Positions 25,392-37,953 are shown, counted from the whole stretch's first letter. The stretch is DNA of 63,660 nucleotides, filler included, from Octopus bimaculoides (GCF_001194135.2; 3 parts of 3 records of this genome joined end to end with filler, not necessarily neighbours in it); one strand, 5' to 3'. Numbers and translations: made by a program. Notes: generated from the letters alone by a model not told the origin.

Positions 25392-26789
25392 TGTATGCAA
25401 ATTAATCTCAACAATTTACTTAATATCTTAGAAATATCGAGTTTATAAACAATATCTCTGAAGAATTAAACAGTTAAAGAGAATAATCGATCTCTGACGA
25501 AATTCCAACACGGGATTGAAACTAGTCGAACTGATCCCTCTTTTTGTATCCACGAATATATTGTAAATGAAGACAAGTCATTCACACTTATCTATACAAG
25601 TGATGCTGATTAGAAATCTATAGATCTATACCATAATACATAAAAATCAACAATATAAGTCGACGTTTTGTACTTTTACCTGGTATTTCAATATTTCAGG
25701 CTTAGGAACCCTTCTCCAGAAAATACATACATACATACATACATATTTATACTAATATATACATACATACATAAGTATACTAATATATACATACATACAT
25801 ACATACATACATGCATAGGTAATACTAATATATATGTATATATTGACTGTTCTTGGTCAGGCTTGCATGTCGACTGCAAACAGTGGTGGCTCGTATACAG
25901 ACACTGCGGAACTGCAGCACCCCCTATTTCCATTCAATATTATCGATAACATACAATATAATGAGTCCTTTTTTCTTTAATTCTTTCTTTATACTTGTAC
26001 ATTATATAATCCTTAAGCTTAATGTCAGTAGCCATCTTCTAGTTTATGAAAAAAATACAAAAATCCTTGTATAGAAACTGTGCACTTCACAGTTTCACAG
26101 TTCCACCAATGCAGTGTTTGGCTGTTGTGCACATGCTCACATGTCCAAGATAGGAAGCTTCATGCTAGGGAGAGAGAGCACTGTGTGAATGACAGTGCCG
26201 ACCCTTGTATGCTGGGGAAAAGTAGTATTTCTTTTTGACTCCACGTGTGTTGTGCTTAAAAATGTGTTTATATTCTTGAATGTGATAAAGTGTAGGATTA
26301 GATTATTATCCTGCTTCCAGCTACAGTGTTGTTGCCAGGATTTCAAAAATAGGGCACATTCCCCCACCTTATTTTGTTATTTAGGGGGGATTTTTGAAAA
26401 ACAAGGGGGAATTTGTGGCCGTGTTCAGTGAACAAATTAAACATACTTCCCAGCAGTGGCTAAAACGCAAACAGATCAAGTTTATGTCGCTGCCGTAGTC
26501 TCCTTTAGAGAGACTTAGAAATATTAATTCCGTTTATATGTTTGTTTCCTTTTACACAATACTAAAACAATGGCTAAAAATTTTCTGAAGCAACACCCCA
26601 AATGATTTTATCTATGAGCCGCCACTGGCTACAAGGCTTATTCTTGGTCTGTAGCAGCAATGACATCTGCTACAGATGAAGCTATTTATGGCAACAGAGA
26701 AGTGACACCTCTCCTGTGCTCTTTTCACATTCTCTTTGTTGTTTCTCTTCAATGACTTGAATTACGAGCCTCAGCAATCAGTGCATTCA

Positions 26790-26902
26790 TCACGCTGCAG
26801 GGTCTTCTCCTTGGTGTTTGGCGAAATTTTGGAATACTTCATATGCCTTTTCAGCACCTCCCTGTATTGCAGAACAGTCAATGTCCAACCTACAATGGAC
26901 AA
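26790..26902 (-). CDS. Candidate terminal coding exon of an unidentified gene
   Basis: Acceptor aatgtacatttttcag; phase-1 reading VHCRLDIDCSAIQGGAEKAYEVFQNFAKHQGEDPAA*. Followed by about 800 bp of repeat-free UTR-like sequence with ATTAAA near 25980. No homology recognised. Confidence 0.45.
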
Positions 26903-27263
26903 CTGAAAAATGTACATTTATAATAATTATTTATTTCTGTGATTAAAAAAAAACTTAAGAATCATTCAATGAAATAAGTAAAGTGTCATTAAGCTTCCCA
27001 ACCACATGGTTTTCAGACTCACAAGTAACACTCCATGGAGGCATGTCACCCCTAGGCTGAAACAGCTGTAAGACATTGTCCCTTCTTCGGTCAATAGATG
27101 TCCTTTTTAATTTTTAATTACTGATATGACATAATATGTCATATGTGTTTGTATATTGTTTTTATTGTCCTATCCTCTTATTTGAAAAATAAACAGGTAA
27201 ATTGACATAATACAATGTCTGCAAGTTGATGAGTACCACATATTCCCCTCCATTTTCTTATTG

Positions 27264-27318
<55 letters not shown>

Positions 27319-28184
27319 TCACACACACATATATATGTCTGTACAAGTGTTTATTTTTGTGTATATAATTGAATGTTTTTATGTTTATATAAGAGTGTGT
27401 GTGTGTGTATATCTGGGTGTAATTATTATCATTTTGTTTGTTTGTCTTTTTTTTTTTTCCTTATCTTCAAATTATCATTACTTATATAGCCAATCCACTG
27501 TGGGGATTATACAGCCAATCCCCTGTAGGGATTATATAGCAAATCCTAACAACAATTCTGTAACACTATCTGACGAGTGGCATTACACATGTGTTATCAA
27601 TTTGCTGCACTGCTTCATTTTAGATTTGATAATTGATGCTTTGTTATGATACCACTGTTGAAAATTAATGAGAGTGATAATGATAATTATATCACTCTAA
27701 TTACTAATTACTATCATGATAAGATCAGCATTATTATGAGCTATTACAACTGCAGACATCTTTGCTGCATCACAGCGGATCAATAACATTCATTTAGTTC
27801 TCTAATATGACTACACATTAGTGGAAACTAAATGACAATAGCTCTTACTTTTATTCCACGTAACACTTACACAAACTTCACCTACTTTTTTTGCATAAAC
27901 TTATATCTCCCAGTTCTAAGGTGCACCAAACTGAGTTTTACAGTTACCTCTAATCATACTTCAATTAATTCTTGATCAGTTTAATTTTTACTAAATTTGC
28001 ATTCTATTAATAAAATTTAAACAACAATGTTTAGTGGCATTTCTTCCAGCTCTTAGCATTCTAAGTTCAAATTCCACCATGCAATCATTAAGCTCCTTTC
28101 ACCCCATTTCAGTGCCAATAATGAAAAAAAAATGTTCTATTTATTATATTATATATCCGTCCTCCCTCCATGTTTGTCTTGACC

Positions 28185-28420
28185 CAAGAGTGTCTAAGGC
28201 CAAGTGGTTTCAGTCCTTTGTTGGTTTCTCAGAGGACTCCATCTTATCTGACTCTGTTGCGAGTGAGAATGTTAAAGTCATCAGCAGTTTCACTTGTTTC
28301 GGCAATGAGATCCATGGAGTATTAGCTGTGAGTCTGAAAACCTAGAAACACTTGGATGAGTTGACGTGGTTGTGAACTTGTTGGACAAGGGGGTTTGGCA
28401 CTACCAATATCTGTATAAGA
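28185..28420 (+). mobile_element. RTE LINE RT C-terminal fragment
   Basis: ENVKVISSFTCFGNEIH...LLDKGVWHYQYL resembles RTE E.VEVV.SFTYLGS.IH...VWR.RYL. Confidence 0.5.
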
Positions 28421-28758
28421 TTATTTTTTCTCCTTCAGAATGATTGTCTGTCATGAAAATATGTGTAATCAATTTTCGTCCACTGATTGTTTCCAAAAGA
28501 AATCATTAATTAGTCATTTTTAAAAATTGCTATCCACATTGCTAATAGATTAATGGTTGCTAACATTTGCACAGACCACAGTTGAGGTAACCAAAACAAC
28601 AAACCAAGTTTTGAATGTCTTTTAGTTCAACCTTTATCTCATCACCATAACCCCTTCTCCAATAAAATCATTACATCACCACACACAGCCCTTAGCAGAA
28701 AATGTGGCCCTTTATTTAGCCAGCAAGATAGATAAACAAGTGACTGTTACAATCTTAC

Positions 28759-28796
28759 ATTCTTTCAGATGGCTCACACAACCAAAAACAACAGCC
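28759..28796 (-). CDS. Candidate 38-nt internal exon of the unidentified gene
   Basis: ttgtag acceptor and GTAAGA donor; reads (G)AVVFGCVSHLKE(T). Phases join the 30399-30454 and 26790-26902 candidates without a stop. Confidence 0.33.
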
Positions 28797-29157
28797 CTAC
28801 AACACTTAAATAATGACACTGACCAGGACAACTGAAATGAGTTTGTCCCCCACCTGATCCAGCTTGATGATCAGCCATCATTAGAATGTTTGTGAGATGA
28901 CAATCAGGAAAATATTAAATTGTTTCTGGGTCAACAGATTCCTTGGCAGGATAATTACTATTTGGGGAGAAACCGTCTACTCCCTACATTACTCAACCAA
29001 CACTGACTAATCAATCACAGAATCAATAATATATGGCTCAGGTATTGAACATCCAATTAAATAAAGGTGTTGTGTTTGAACCTGATTACTTAACACATTC
29101 ACCACCAGATGTACCAGCAGTGGTTCATCGCAAACTGCCAGATGCACCACAGGTGGT

Positions 29158-29720
29158 ACATCATCATCATCATCATCATTTAACGTCCGCTTTCCATGCT
29201 AGCATGGGTTGGACGATTTGACTGAGGACCGGTGAAACGAGATGGCTACACCAGGCTCCAATCTGATTTGGCAGAGTTTCTACAGCTGGATACCCTTCCT
29301 AACGCCAACCACTCAGAGAGTGTAGTGGGTGCTTTTACGTGCCACCGGCACGAAGGCCAGTCAGGCGGTACTGGCAACGGTCAAAATGGTGTATTTTACG
29401 TGCCACCTGCACAGGAGCCAGTCCAGCAGGACTGGCAACGAACTCACTCGAATGTCTTTTCACGTGCCAGGAAGGCGATGTTGATAACGGTCACGCTCAA
29501 ATGGTGCCATTTACGTGCCACTGGCACAAAGCCAGGCAACTGGTGCTCTGGCAATGATCACGCTCGGACAGTGCTCTTAGTGAGTTACTGGTACTGGTAC
29601 CATCACGATTTCGCTTTTCGTTTTTGCTTGCCCCAACAGATCTTTGCAAGCCAAGTTTAGTGTCCAATGAAGACGTTGACATGGGTGCCAGTCTACAAAT
29701 TTAGTTTGATTTCGATTTCA
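29158..29720 (-). mobile_element. Family C retroposon with (GAT)n tail and internal 50-65-bp subrepeats
   Basis: Tail ...catggaaagcggacgttaaatgatgatgat, conserved GGCGTTAGGAAGGG.ATCCAGCTGTAGAAA block, variable-number ggcaacg..cacgct..aatggtg..tttacgtgcc units. Confidence 0.8.
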
Positions 29721-30398
29721 CTTGCCTCAACAGGTCTTTGCAAGCAGAGTTTAGGGAAAATACTTTATTCTATATCTTTGACATGGTTTCAAGGATATTT
29801 AAATAACATCAGAGCTAAATGTTAAAGTTTAATTATGAAATATTGTAAAAATGCCAAACTAATTACATTTCCTTGTAATTAAACAGAATGCAGTGTGACT
29901 GGAAATATGTGGGTCACCAATAAGTTCCAATTGCAGTGGTTAATGCATTAAATGTAGCTTATTGTTTGGTTTTAAACAAAATCCTTCACAAATGACTGAA
30001 ACATTAATATTTTACTTTTTTCTTTTTCTTTCTTTTTTTTTTTTTGTCTCTTGTAGAGCGAGCCGTCTGACAGAATAAATCACCTTATTTGATAAACAAC
30101 AGGAAAATACCAAACTTATTTCATGAAGATATTAAGAATGGAACAGCTCAGCCATTATGTGGATCTTCAAGAAGGAAATGGGCATAAATTAGATAAATTT
30201 AGGATTCAATATTTCTCCCTGTTAATTAAAGTCTAGATTGAATAGTTGAGTATATAATAGGGCTAATGACTTGTAGCTACACACCACTAATAGGAAACGT
30301 TGTTCTGTAACCATTCTCTTTAGTATATTCCAGGTATGGCAGTGTGACAGAAAACCAAGTCCAAAATATTCTTTGGTTCCTGAATAGAATTGCTTTAC

Positions 30399-30454
30399 TT
30401 AGTTCGACGATGTTCAAGAAATCCATGAATATCACAAACTCTCGTTTTCCTTCC
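30399..30454 (-). CDS. Candidate 56-nt internal exon of the unidentified gene
   Basis: ttttattag acceptor and GTAAAG donor; GRKTRVCDIHGFLEHRRT+AA. Phase-compatible with the next candidate exon. Confidence 0.33.
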
Positions 30455-31315
30455 CTAATAAAATTGGCGCCAATTAGTAAAGAACTGGATTAGATGCCTT
30501 TTAGTATTAAGTTGAATATCTTGCAGTGCTGAGTGGAATTATTCTGCAAATAATATTGTCTTCCTAACTCTTCTTTTTATGCCAGTGTAAAATAAAATAA
30601 AATCATTATTATTACTTTATTTTGCTTTTGTTTTTAGCTTTACCACAATTTATGTCTTGATTTAAACTGGGAACAGACTTGATGTGTATGTGCCATGTAA
30701 AAAGAATTGATGCTGCCACACTGAAAATACTGGTGCCACATAAAAAGCGCTCTGTAAAGTGGTTGGCACAAGGGAAGGGCATCCAACCGTGGAAACCAAG
30801 TCAAAACAGACAATGGAATTTGGTGCAGCCCTTAGCCTTCCCAGTTCCTGTAGAGCTGTCCAACCCATGCCAGAATGGAAAATTAACATTGAGAGACGAC
30901 GAAAATACAAACAAACATGTTCACTGGATATCTTCAACTAAATGTACAGTCCACACACAACAAATAAACATGTCCACATCACACCTTGAACCGAGATGAC
31001 GGTCTATAAACATGCTTCCCCGCATTAAACACAGTTCTCCGAGATTTATTCCATTTCGTTAAATCAATTCTCCCAATTCACTATTGAAATTTTTTTTTTT
31101 TTTTAATAATTACAACAATAATTCAGTCTGGTTGTATTAAACAATTGCAACATGAATTTCTTGACAATCAAATAAAAGAATAGAACCAGAAAGACTGAAG
31201 AAATCTCATAAATCCGATTAATTGCTAAAATTTTGGATGAAATTTCTGACTTGATAAGGGGAAATAAATCTTACGCAACTTCAAATAAAGGGACCGAATT
31301 CAACATTGCCTTATG

Positions 31316-31420
31316 TTGTGGTTCCCAACCTGTGACCCGCAAAGGTAGTACTGGGGAGTCCGTGGGAAAACTCATTTGAATAAAAGGGGTCCTTGGTAGT
31401 GAAAAGGTTGGGAACCACTG
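31316..31420. mobile_element. hAT-type MITE
   Basis: TIRs gtggttcccaacct / aggttgggaaccac, with an 8-bp direct repeat GCCTTATG at both ends. Confidence 0.7.
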
Positions 31421-33619
31421 CCTTATGCAATAATAAATCTCTCTGAAATTAATTTTTTAGATGAAAATACTTCAGTTATAAGGGTGGAGTTGATTAAAAA
31501 ATATGAAACTGGCTCATATTTCAACAGCAACTGTATAAAGAAAGCATAAACGTTTAAGTCAAGCTTGATAGAAATGTCTGCAGTTGTGTCCACAACCATC
31601 AATAACCATCACGAAGATTGTGAATCGTCACCATCATTTAACGTCCATTTTCCATAGACATGAGTTGGCACGGCCAGGAGCTGCACCAGGTTCCATAACG
31701 TATTTTTGGTTTGGTTTCTACAGCTGGATGCCCTTCCAAACGCAACCACTTTACAGAGGAGGCAGTTGAAGTACCAAAATATCTTTCTTCAAATAAGAAT
31801 TAACTGGAAAGTTAAATACGGAGTTGTATGAAACGACTGACGTATCTGCCTTGGAATTCAACATTATTTGATGTAACGTTAACGACAGGACTGAATCAAG
31901 GGTTACAAACTTTAAGAGATGCTGGAAGGAGTTTTACTAAATCTGAGGGTTACTATCTAAGGGAGATAACTCAGTATGAATTATAAAACGACGCTTTGTA
32001 ATTGATTGAAATGCATTCTGGGTAATTTATTTTATCACCCACCTACACTCAAAAACTCAACTGTACTTACACGACATTTGAATTCAGAAAAGCAAAAACA
32101 AGCATTTCTGTCTCCTATCGTCTGTCATATCCATTCCAGCCACAAACTGTAAGAATAGCTTCAAAAATTATTTTACATACATAGAGTGGTTGGTGTTAGG
32201 AAGGGCATCCAGCTGTAGAAACTCTGCCAGATCAGAGTCTGGTGTAGCCATCTAGTTCGCCAGTCCCCAGTCAAATCATCCAACCCATGCTAGCATGGAA
32301 AGCGGACGTTAAATGATGATGATGAGGCGTGAGTAGTGAAGATACTTACCCAAGGGACTGAATCTGAGATCACAAGGTTGAGAAGCAAACTTCTTAACCA
32401 CACAGCCACGCCTGTTGTTGCTTTCACTACAGTTCGACTGTTGCATGCTCCAGCCGTCTTCAGGTGTCTTTTGTTGTATTGGAATATCTTTATTTGGTCA
32501 ATGAGGGTACACTGTTCTCAGAGCATAGTAGATGAAGGCATTAGTTAATGCAGTGCTGTCACCTAGACGTTCTGAGTTCAATCTAAGGCAAGGTGCTAAG
32601 ATAATTCACAAAAAAATCAACTGAAGCAAAAATGACACAAAACACAGGGCGCAGAATGAGAATAGTGTACCCCCATGGATCAAAAAAAGGGTCGGGTTTG
32701 ATATTCCAATACAGCAACTGAGTTCAGCATAAGACACCTGCAACAATCGAGATAAAGACACCAGTCTGACGGATATAAACAGTAGGCATAAGGCGCCCAT
32801 GTGGTACCACGTAAAAGCACCCAGTGCCACTCTGTGAGGTGGTTGGCATGTTAGGAAGGGCATCCGGCTGTAGAAACCAGACCAAATCAAACTGAAGTCC
32901 AGTGTAGCTCCGCAGCTTGCCAGCAATGGTCACTGTCCAATCCATGCCAGCATGGACAACAGACGTTAAATGATGATACCCTGTAACACAGGCCCTCAAC
33001 AGGGGTTCATGTGCCCCCTAGGGGTCGATTATAAGATTTAAGGGATTCCACACAAGGAAAATAGTAAATTGGGAATTCACAGTAGTATTTTGCTTTCAAT
33101 GTATTTATTGTAGACAGGTTCCCTTTTCTGGTATTTAATTCAAGGTGTTTCTGGCCCCTGAAACAAGTTCTCTTGGAGAGGGTCATGGCAAACCTACACA
33201 AGTGAATGAGTGAAAAGCAAAACTGGACCATGTGGTTGAGAAGAAAACTTCTTCACCACACAGCCATGCCTGAACGTTATTAATTATTGTAATTAAAGAT
33301 AAAAAGGAAAAAGATGGCTGATGTTGAATAGATTTTAATATAAAATGAAAGTAAAATAAATGAAAAGAGAAATCAATTGAAAGAAAACAAAACAGTGAGA
33401 TGAGTGCATGGTTATGAATGTCTGCTGCAAGAACTAAACTATTTACAGAAGACAATAGGTGGAACAATGGTGGACAAAATATGGTAGGTTCTGAGAATGG
33501 ATTGAGAATGAGAATTTTAACAATTATTAAATTAAATGTTAATTAGTCCTGCTGTTTTAAGGTGGAGTGTTTTCTGTTTTGAGGTAATTTTTTTTTTCTT
33601 TCCCTGCGAACATGAAAAC

Positions 33620-33699
33620 TCAGCATTCATCTCCATCTTCTTCCATTTCTTTGAGAATTTCAAAGTAGTCACTAGCTTTGATCTTTCGAGGAATGATGT
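33620..33699 (-). CDS. CHRAC1: CHRAC1 coding exon 3 (terminal)
   Basis: tttgtttattcttcag acceptor; (G)AC ATC ATT... gives DIIPRKIKASDYFEILKEMEEDGDEC*, matching recalled DILPKKILASKYLKMLKEE. Spliced protein is 106 aa. Confidence 0.92.
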
Positions 33700-34129
33700 C
33701 TGAAGAATAAACAAAACATTTTTCTTTTTAATTATTAAAATACAGTATGTAAAAATATGTAAATATCATCAACTACAACAACAAGTGTATTTTTTTTTAA
33801 GATAAGATGAGAGACATTTTGCTGCCCAATCCAATGGATTAACAGGTGAAATAATGTCTTCTTTCATATCATGTATGTCGGACTGGTCTCCTCATCTTGG
33901 TTGTTGCTTTCACTAGGTTTTGGCTGTATATGCCCCAGCCTTCTTCAAGGGCCTTGTGATTCATTTTAGTGCCTTACCTAAGATTGAGTTTAACCCACTA
34001 TGCTATACTTCTAGGCAGTATCAGAGTGAATTTTTAAGGCTTATAAGCCTCCATTGTTTTATGTTGGCACCGTACTGATTGTGTAATACAATTCTATATT
34101 TCTAAAATGAGTGACTTTTATATTTATTT

Positions 34130-34790
34130 CTTTATTGCCTACAGTGGGCTAAACATAGAAGGGACAAACAAGGACAAAGGGATTAAGTTGATTACATCAA
34201 CCCCAGTGTGTAACTGGTACTTATTTAATCAACCCCGAAAGGATGAAAGGCAAAGTTGACCTTAGCGGAATTTGAACTAAGAATCAAAATCACTGACGAA
34301 GCACATCTGAGCGTGATCGCTGCCAGGGCCACGGATTGGTTCCCATGCCGGTGACATGAAAAGCACCACTCAAGCGTGATCGTTGCCAGCGTCGCCTTAC
34401 CGGCACATGAAAAACAACATTCAAGCATAGTCGTTGCCAGTGCCGCCGGACTGGTTTCTATGCAGGTAGCACATAAAAACACCTTTTGAGCGTGGTCATT
34501 GCCAGAACCGCCTGACTGGCCCTCGTGCCGGTGGCATGTAAAAGCACTCACTACACTCTGAGTGGTTGGCATTAGGAAGGGCATCCAGCTGTAGAAACCT
34601 TGCCAGATCAGATTGAGCCTGGTGCAGCCTCTGGCTCACCAGTTCTCAGTCAAACCGTCCAACCCATGCCAGCATGGAAAGCGGACGTTAAACGATGATG
34701 ATGAATGTAATGGCAGACAAAATAGTGCTAAGCATTTCACCTGGCATGCTAACGATTCTGCCAGCCCACCACCCTTCTTCCAGTTTGCCG
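34130..34790 (-). mobile_element. Family B SINE split by a family C insertion (about 34285-34705)
   Basis: B 3' half at 34130-34284 and B head at 34706-34770, with a short GAAT duplication at the junctions. Other B copies at 5330-5510, 22900-23102, 25071-25285 and 41600-41725. Confidence 0.75.
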
Positions 34791-35455
34791 CCCTATGATG
34801 GACTTTTATATTATAGATTAGTTTGAGTGGCATCATCATCTTGGTCATACACAACCAAAATGTAGTGAAAAGCAACAGCCAAGAATGAGGCCACCACTCC
34901 ACCTAATGTTACATAATATAACTTGTCTCACACAGAATTGCCTCTCACCATCAATTCACTTGTTAATGTTTTTGATAAACACAAAAAAAAAACATTAAGG
35001 CCGTTGCCAGTGGCACGTAAAAGCACCCACTACACTCTCAGAGTGGTTGGCGTTAGGAAGGGCATCCAGCTGTAGAAACTCTGCCAGATCAGATTAGAGC
35101 CTGGTGCAGCCATCTGGTTTGCCAGTCCTCAGTCAAANNNNNNNNNNGGTTTGCCAGTCCTCAGTCAAATCGTCCAACCCATGCTAGCATGGAAAGCGGA
35201 CATAAAACGACGATGATGATGATGATGATGTAATTTATCCAGTTACAATTACAGATGAATCACAAACCAGAGCTAATGCCCCTGTGAAGCCCAACGTTTG
35301 ATAGGTGCTTTTTACATGCCACCAGCATGGAACACACACATATCTTTATCTTCATTCAGTCATTAGACTGCAACCAGGTTGGAGAATTGCTTTGAAGAAT
35401 TTTAGTCTATTGAATCAACCCCAGTGTATATTTTTTTAAATTCAATGAATCTCTC

Positions 35456-36246
35456 GGGCATATGGCATAGTTGTTAAGAGCGCAGGCTACTAGCCCTAAG
35501 ATTCAGAGTTCGATTCCAGGCAGTGACCTGAATAATGCCAGTACCGCCTGACTAGCCTTCGTAGGATTTTCGAGCGAGATCGTTGCCAGTGCCCCTGGAC
35601 TGGCTCTTGTGCAGGTGGCACATAAAATACACCATTTTGAGCGTGGCCGTTGCCAGTACCGCCTGACTGGCCTTCATAGGATTTTCGAGCGAGATTGTGG
35701 CCAGTGCCACTGGACTGGCTCTTGTGCNNNNNNNNNNNNNAAGATTCAGAGTTCGATTCCAGGCAGTGACCTGAATAATGCCAGTACCGCCTGACTAGCC
35801 TTCGTAGGATTTTCGAGCGAGATCGTTGCCAGTGCCCCTGGACTGGCTCTTGTGCAGGTGGCACATAAAATACACCATTTTGAGCGTGGCCGTTGCCAGT
35901 ACCGCCTGACTGGGCTTCGTGCGGGTGACACGTAAAAGCACCCACTACACTGTTGTGGTTGGCGTTAGGAAGGGCATCCAGCTGTAGAAACTGCCAAATC
36001 AGATTGGAGCCTGGTGTTGCCATCAGGTTTCACCTGTCCTCAGTCAAATCGTCCAACCCAGGCTAGCTTGGAAAGCGGACGTTAAACGATGATGATGATG
36101 ACGACCTTAGGAATGAGAACCCAGGTTCGCAATTTCCCCAAGACACCTGATGAAGGCTAGAGGGAATATCAGCCTAAACGTTGTGTTAACAACAAACAAG
36201 ATGAGGACAAATATCTGTCAAACATAAATAATGTAAATAATGTATT
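35456..36246 (+). mobile_element. Full-length family D copy interrupted by a family C SINE (about 35538-36103)
   Basis: Head GGGCATATGGCATAG...GAGTTCGATTCCAGG; tail 36104-36246. TSD ATGAATCTCT at 35445-35454 and 36247-36256. Confidence 0.8.
36142..36187 (+). ncRNA. Mutated hammerhead motif (family D tail)
   Basis: GACAC CTGATGA A GGCTA...CAGCC TAAAC GTT GTGTT. G12 is mutated. Confidence 0.5.
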
Positions 36247-37209
36247 ATGAATCTCTTTTGCCAAATTTCTAAGCTAAAGGGACATAAATACACCAACAGA
36301 GATTGTCAAATGGTGGAGGGGAACAAACAGAAAGGCAGGATGAAGATCTGGGAAGAAAGGGCAGAGGAGCTCGGTACATGTGTCTGGGTGCATGTATGTG
36401 CTGGGGCGTGGAAATACCTGGGTTGGTGTCAAGGCATGCAGTTGGCCCCTCTGTTGTCACGTCTCTCTAGGAGAGGGAAACTCACAGAAAACCTGCAACA
36501 CTGACAGTATTCGATAATGTAGACTAGTTCTTCTCGAGTTTATGTTGTCCATATTCAGAGAGTGGGATTGGTTTGTGCAAATCCATACCCCACTATAAAA
36601 AAATCATCATGCACAGGTATCACTTGAAAAAAAAGTCAGACTTATCACAAAAATGGTTGGTCATAGCCTTTGCATGTTTGGGACTTTTGATCAGGTGATG
36701 GCAATACCTGAACACAAGTTCACAGCCATCATATATACACATATATATGACAGGCTTCTTTCAATTTCCAGCTACCAAATCCACTCACCAGGCTTGCCCA
36801 AGGTGCCACATAGTGAGACTGAACCCAGAACCATGTAGTTGTTTAGGAAGCAGACTTCTTAACCACACATTTTAATACACATTTGTCATTTAACCGCAGC
36901 CATGCTGGAGCACCGCCTTTAGTCGAACAAATCGACCCCAGGACCTATTTTTTGTACTTATTCTATAGGTCTCTTTTGCCGAACTGCTAACTTACGGGTA
37001 CGTAAACACACCAACATTGGTTGTCAAGCAATGGTGGGGGGGACAAAGAAAATTAAATCTTACATTTCTACCATTTTTAGACGATTTCAATTTCGTGGTT
37101 TAAAGGGGGTTATCTCCCCTAGACTAGAATTCATTTTTTAATAAAATTCCTAAACTGAACGTAGTTTCTTTATAATTAGAAAAATGAATTCACACTTCTA
37201 TTAATATTG

Positions 37210-37455
37210 TTATAATTTCGCCTTAGCGAAAGCGGAAGTATTGTTTTCAGTTGCGTTTGTTTGTTTCTTTCTTTCTTTGTCCGTGGACAAGATGACTCAA
37301 GAACCGCTGGATGGATTTGGATGAAACTTTCAGGGATGTTTGGCCTCATGACTGGCACAAACTGATTAGATTTTGGGATTGATCCGGTACCGGACAAGGA
37401 TTCTGGATTATTTTTCCTGTTTTGTTAATTTATGAGAGCGTCAGGCTCATTTTTA
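37210..37455 (+). mobile_element. Truncated copy of the same Helentron-associated family
   Basis: Aligns by eye with 46531-46790 (gtggacaagat..ctcaagaaccgctggatggatttggatgaaactttcagg...). Confidence 0.65.
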
Positions 37456-37953
37456 GTAAAAGTAGAATTTGGAACAGAATTTAACATGAAATTATGATTT
37501 CAAAATTTTGGATTAGACTAATACATTTGTATCATAGAACTGGTGGGGATTCGAGTGGGTTGGTATGAAAAGGGTTAAAAAGTACCTGAATCATTCACTG
37601 GAGATGAATAAAGAAAGAGCAAGCAGTGGATCGAGATATCCAAGTAAAACTATTGAAGGCACGAATCCAGCAGGATTGTAGATGGGTGACAGAAACCAAT
37701 GAATCCTTGAACTCTTATGTGGTCGATGCCAGTGCCACCTGACTGGCTCCTGTGCTGGCAGCACGCAATAAGCACCATTCATGCGTGGGTCATTGCCAGA
37801 GCTGTCCGACTGGATCCCCCACAGGGTCACCAAGTGGTTTGCAAAGACATCTCAGTTGAGAGAGGGAGTATCACATGATTTCACTCCACTGGACCGTATC
37901 AGTAGGAAGCGCTGGTCACCAAAAAATGAAAAAGAAATCAAAATGCAAATTAC

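Noticed and set aside
30020-30110. Strong plus-strand polypyrimidine/AG at 30056
   Set aside because: All frames stop within about 12 codons and there is no partner exon. It is probably a poly(T) tract.
35498-35900. Apparent tandem duplication of the D head plus C 5' end around the gap at 35728-35740 (also the overlap at 35118-35170)
   Set aside because: Near-identical sequence on both sides of a short N gap is typical of an uncollapsed contig overlap or haplotype artefact.
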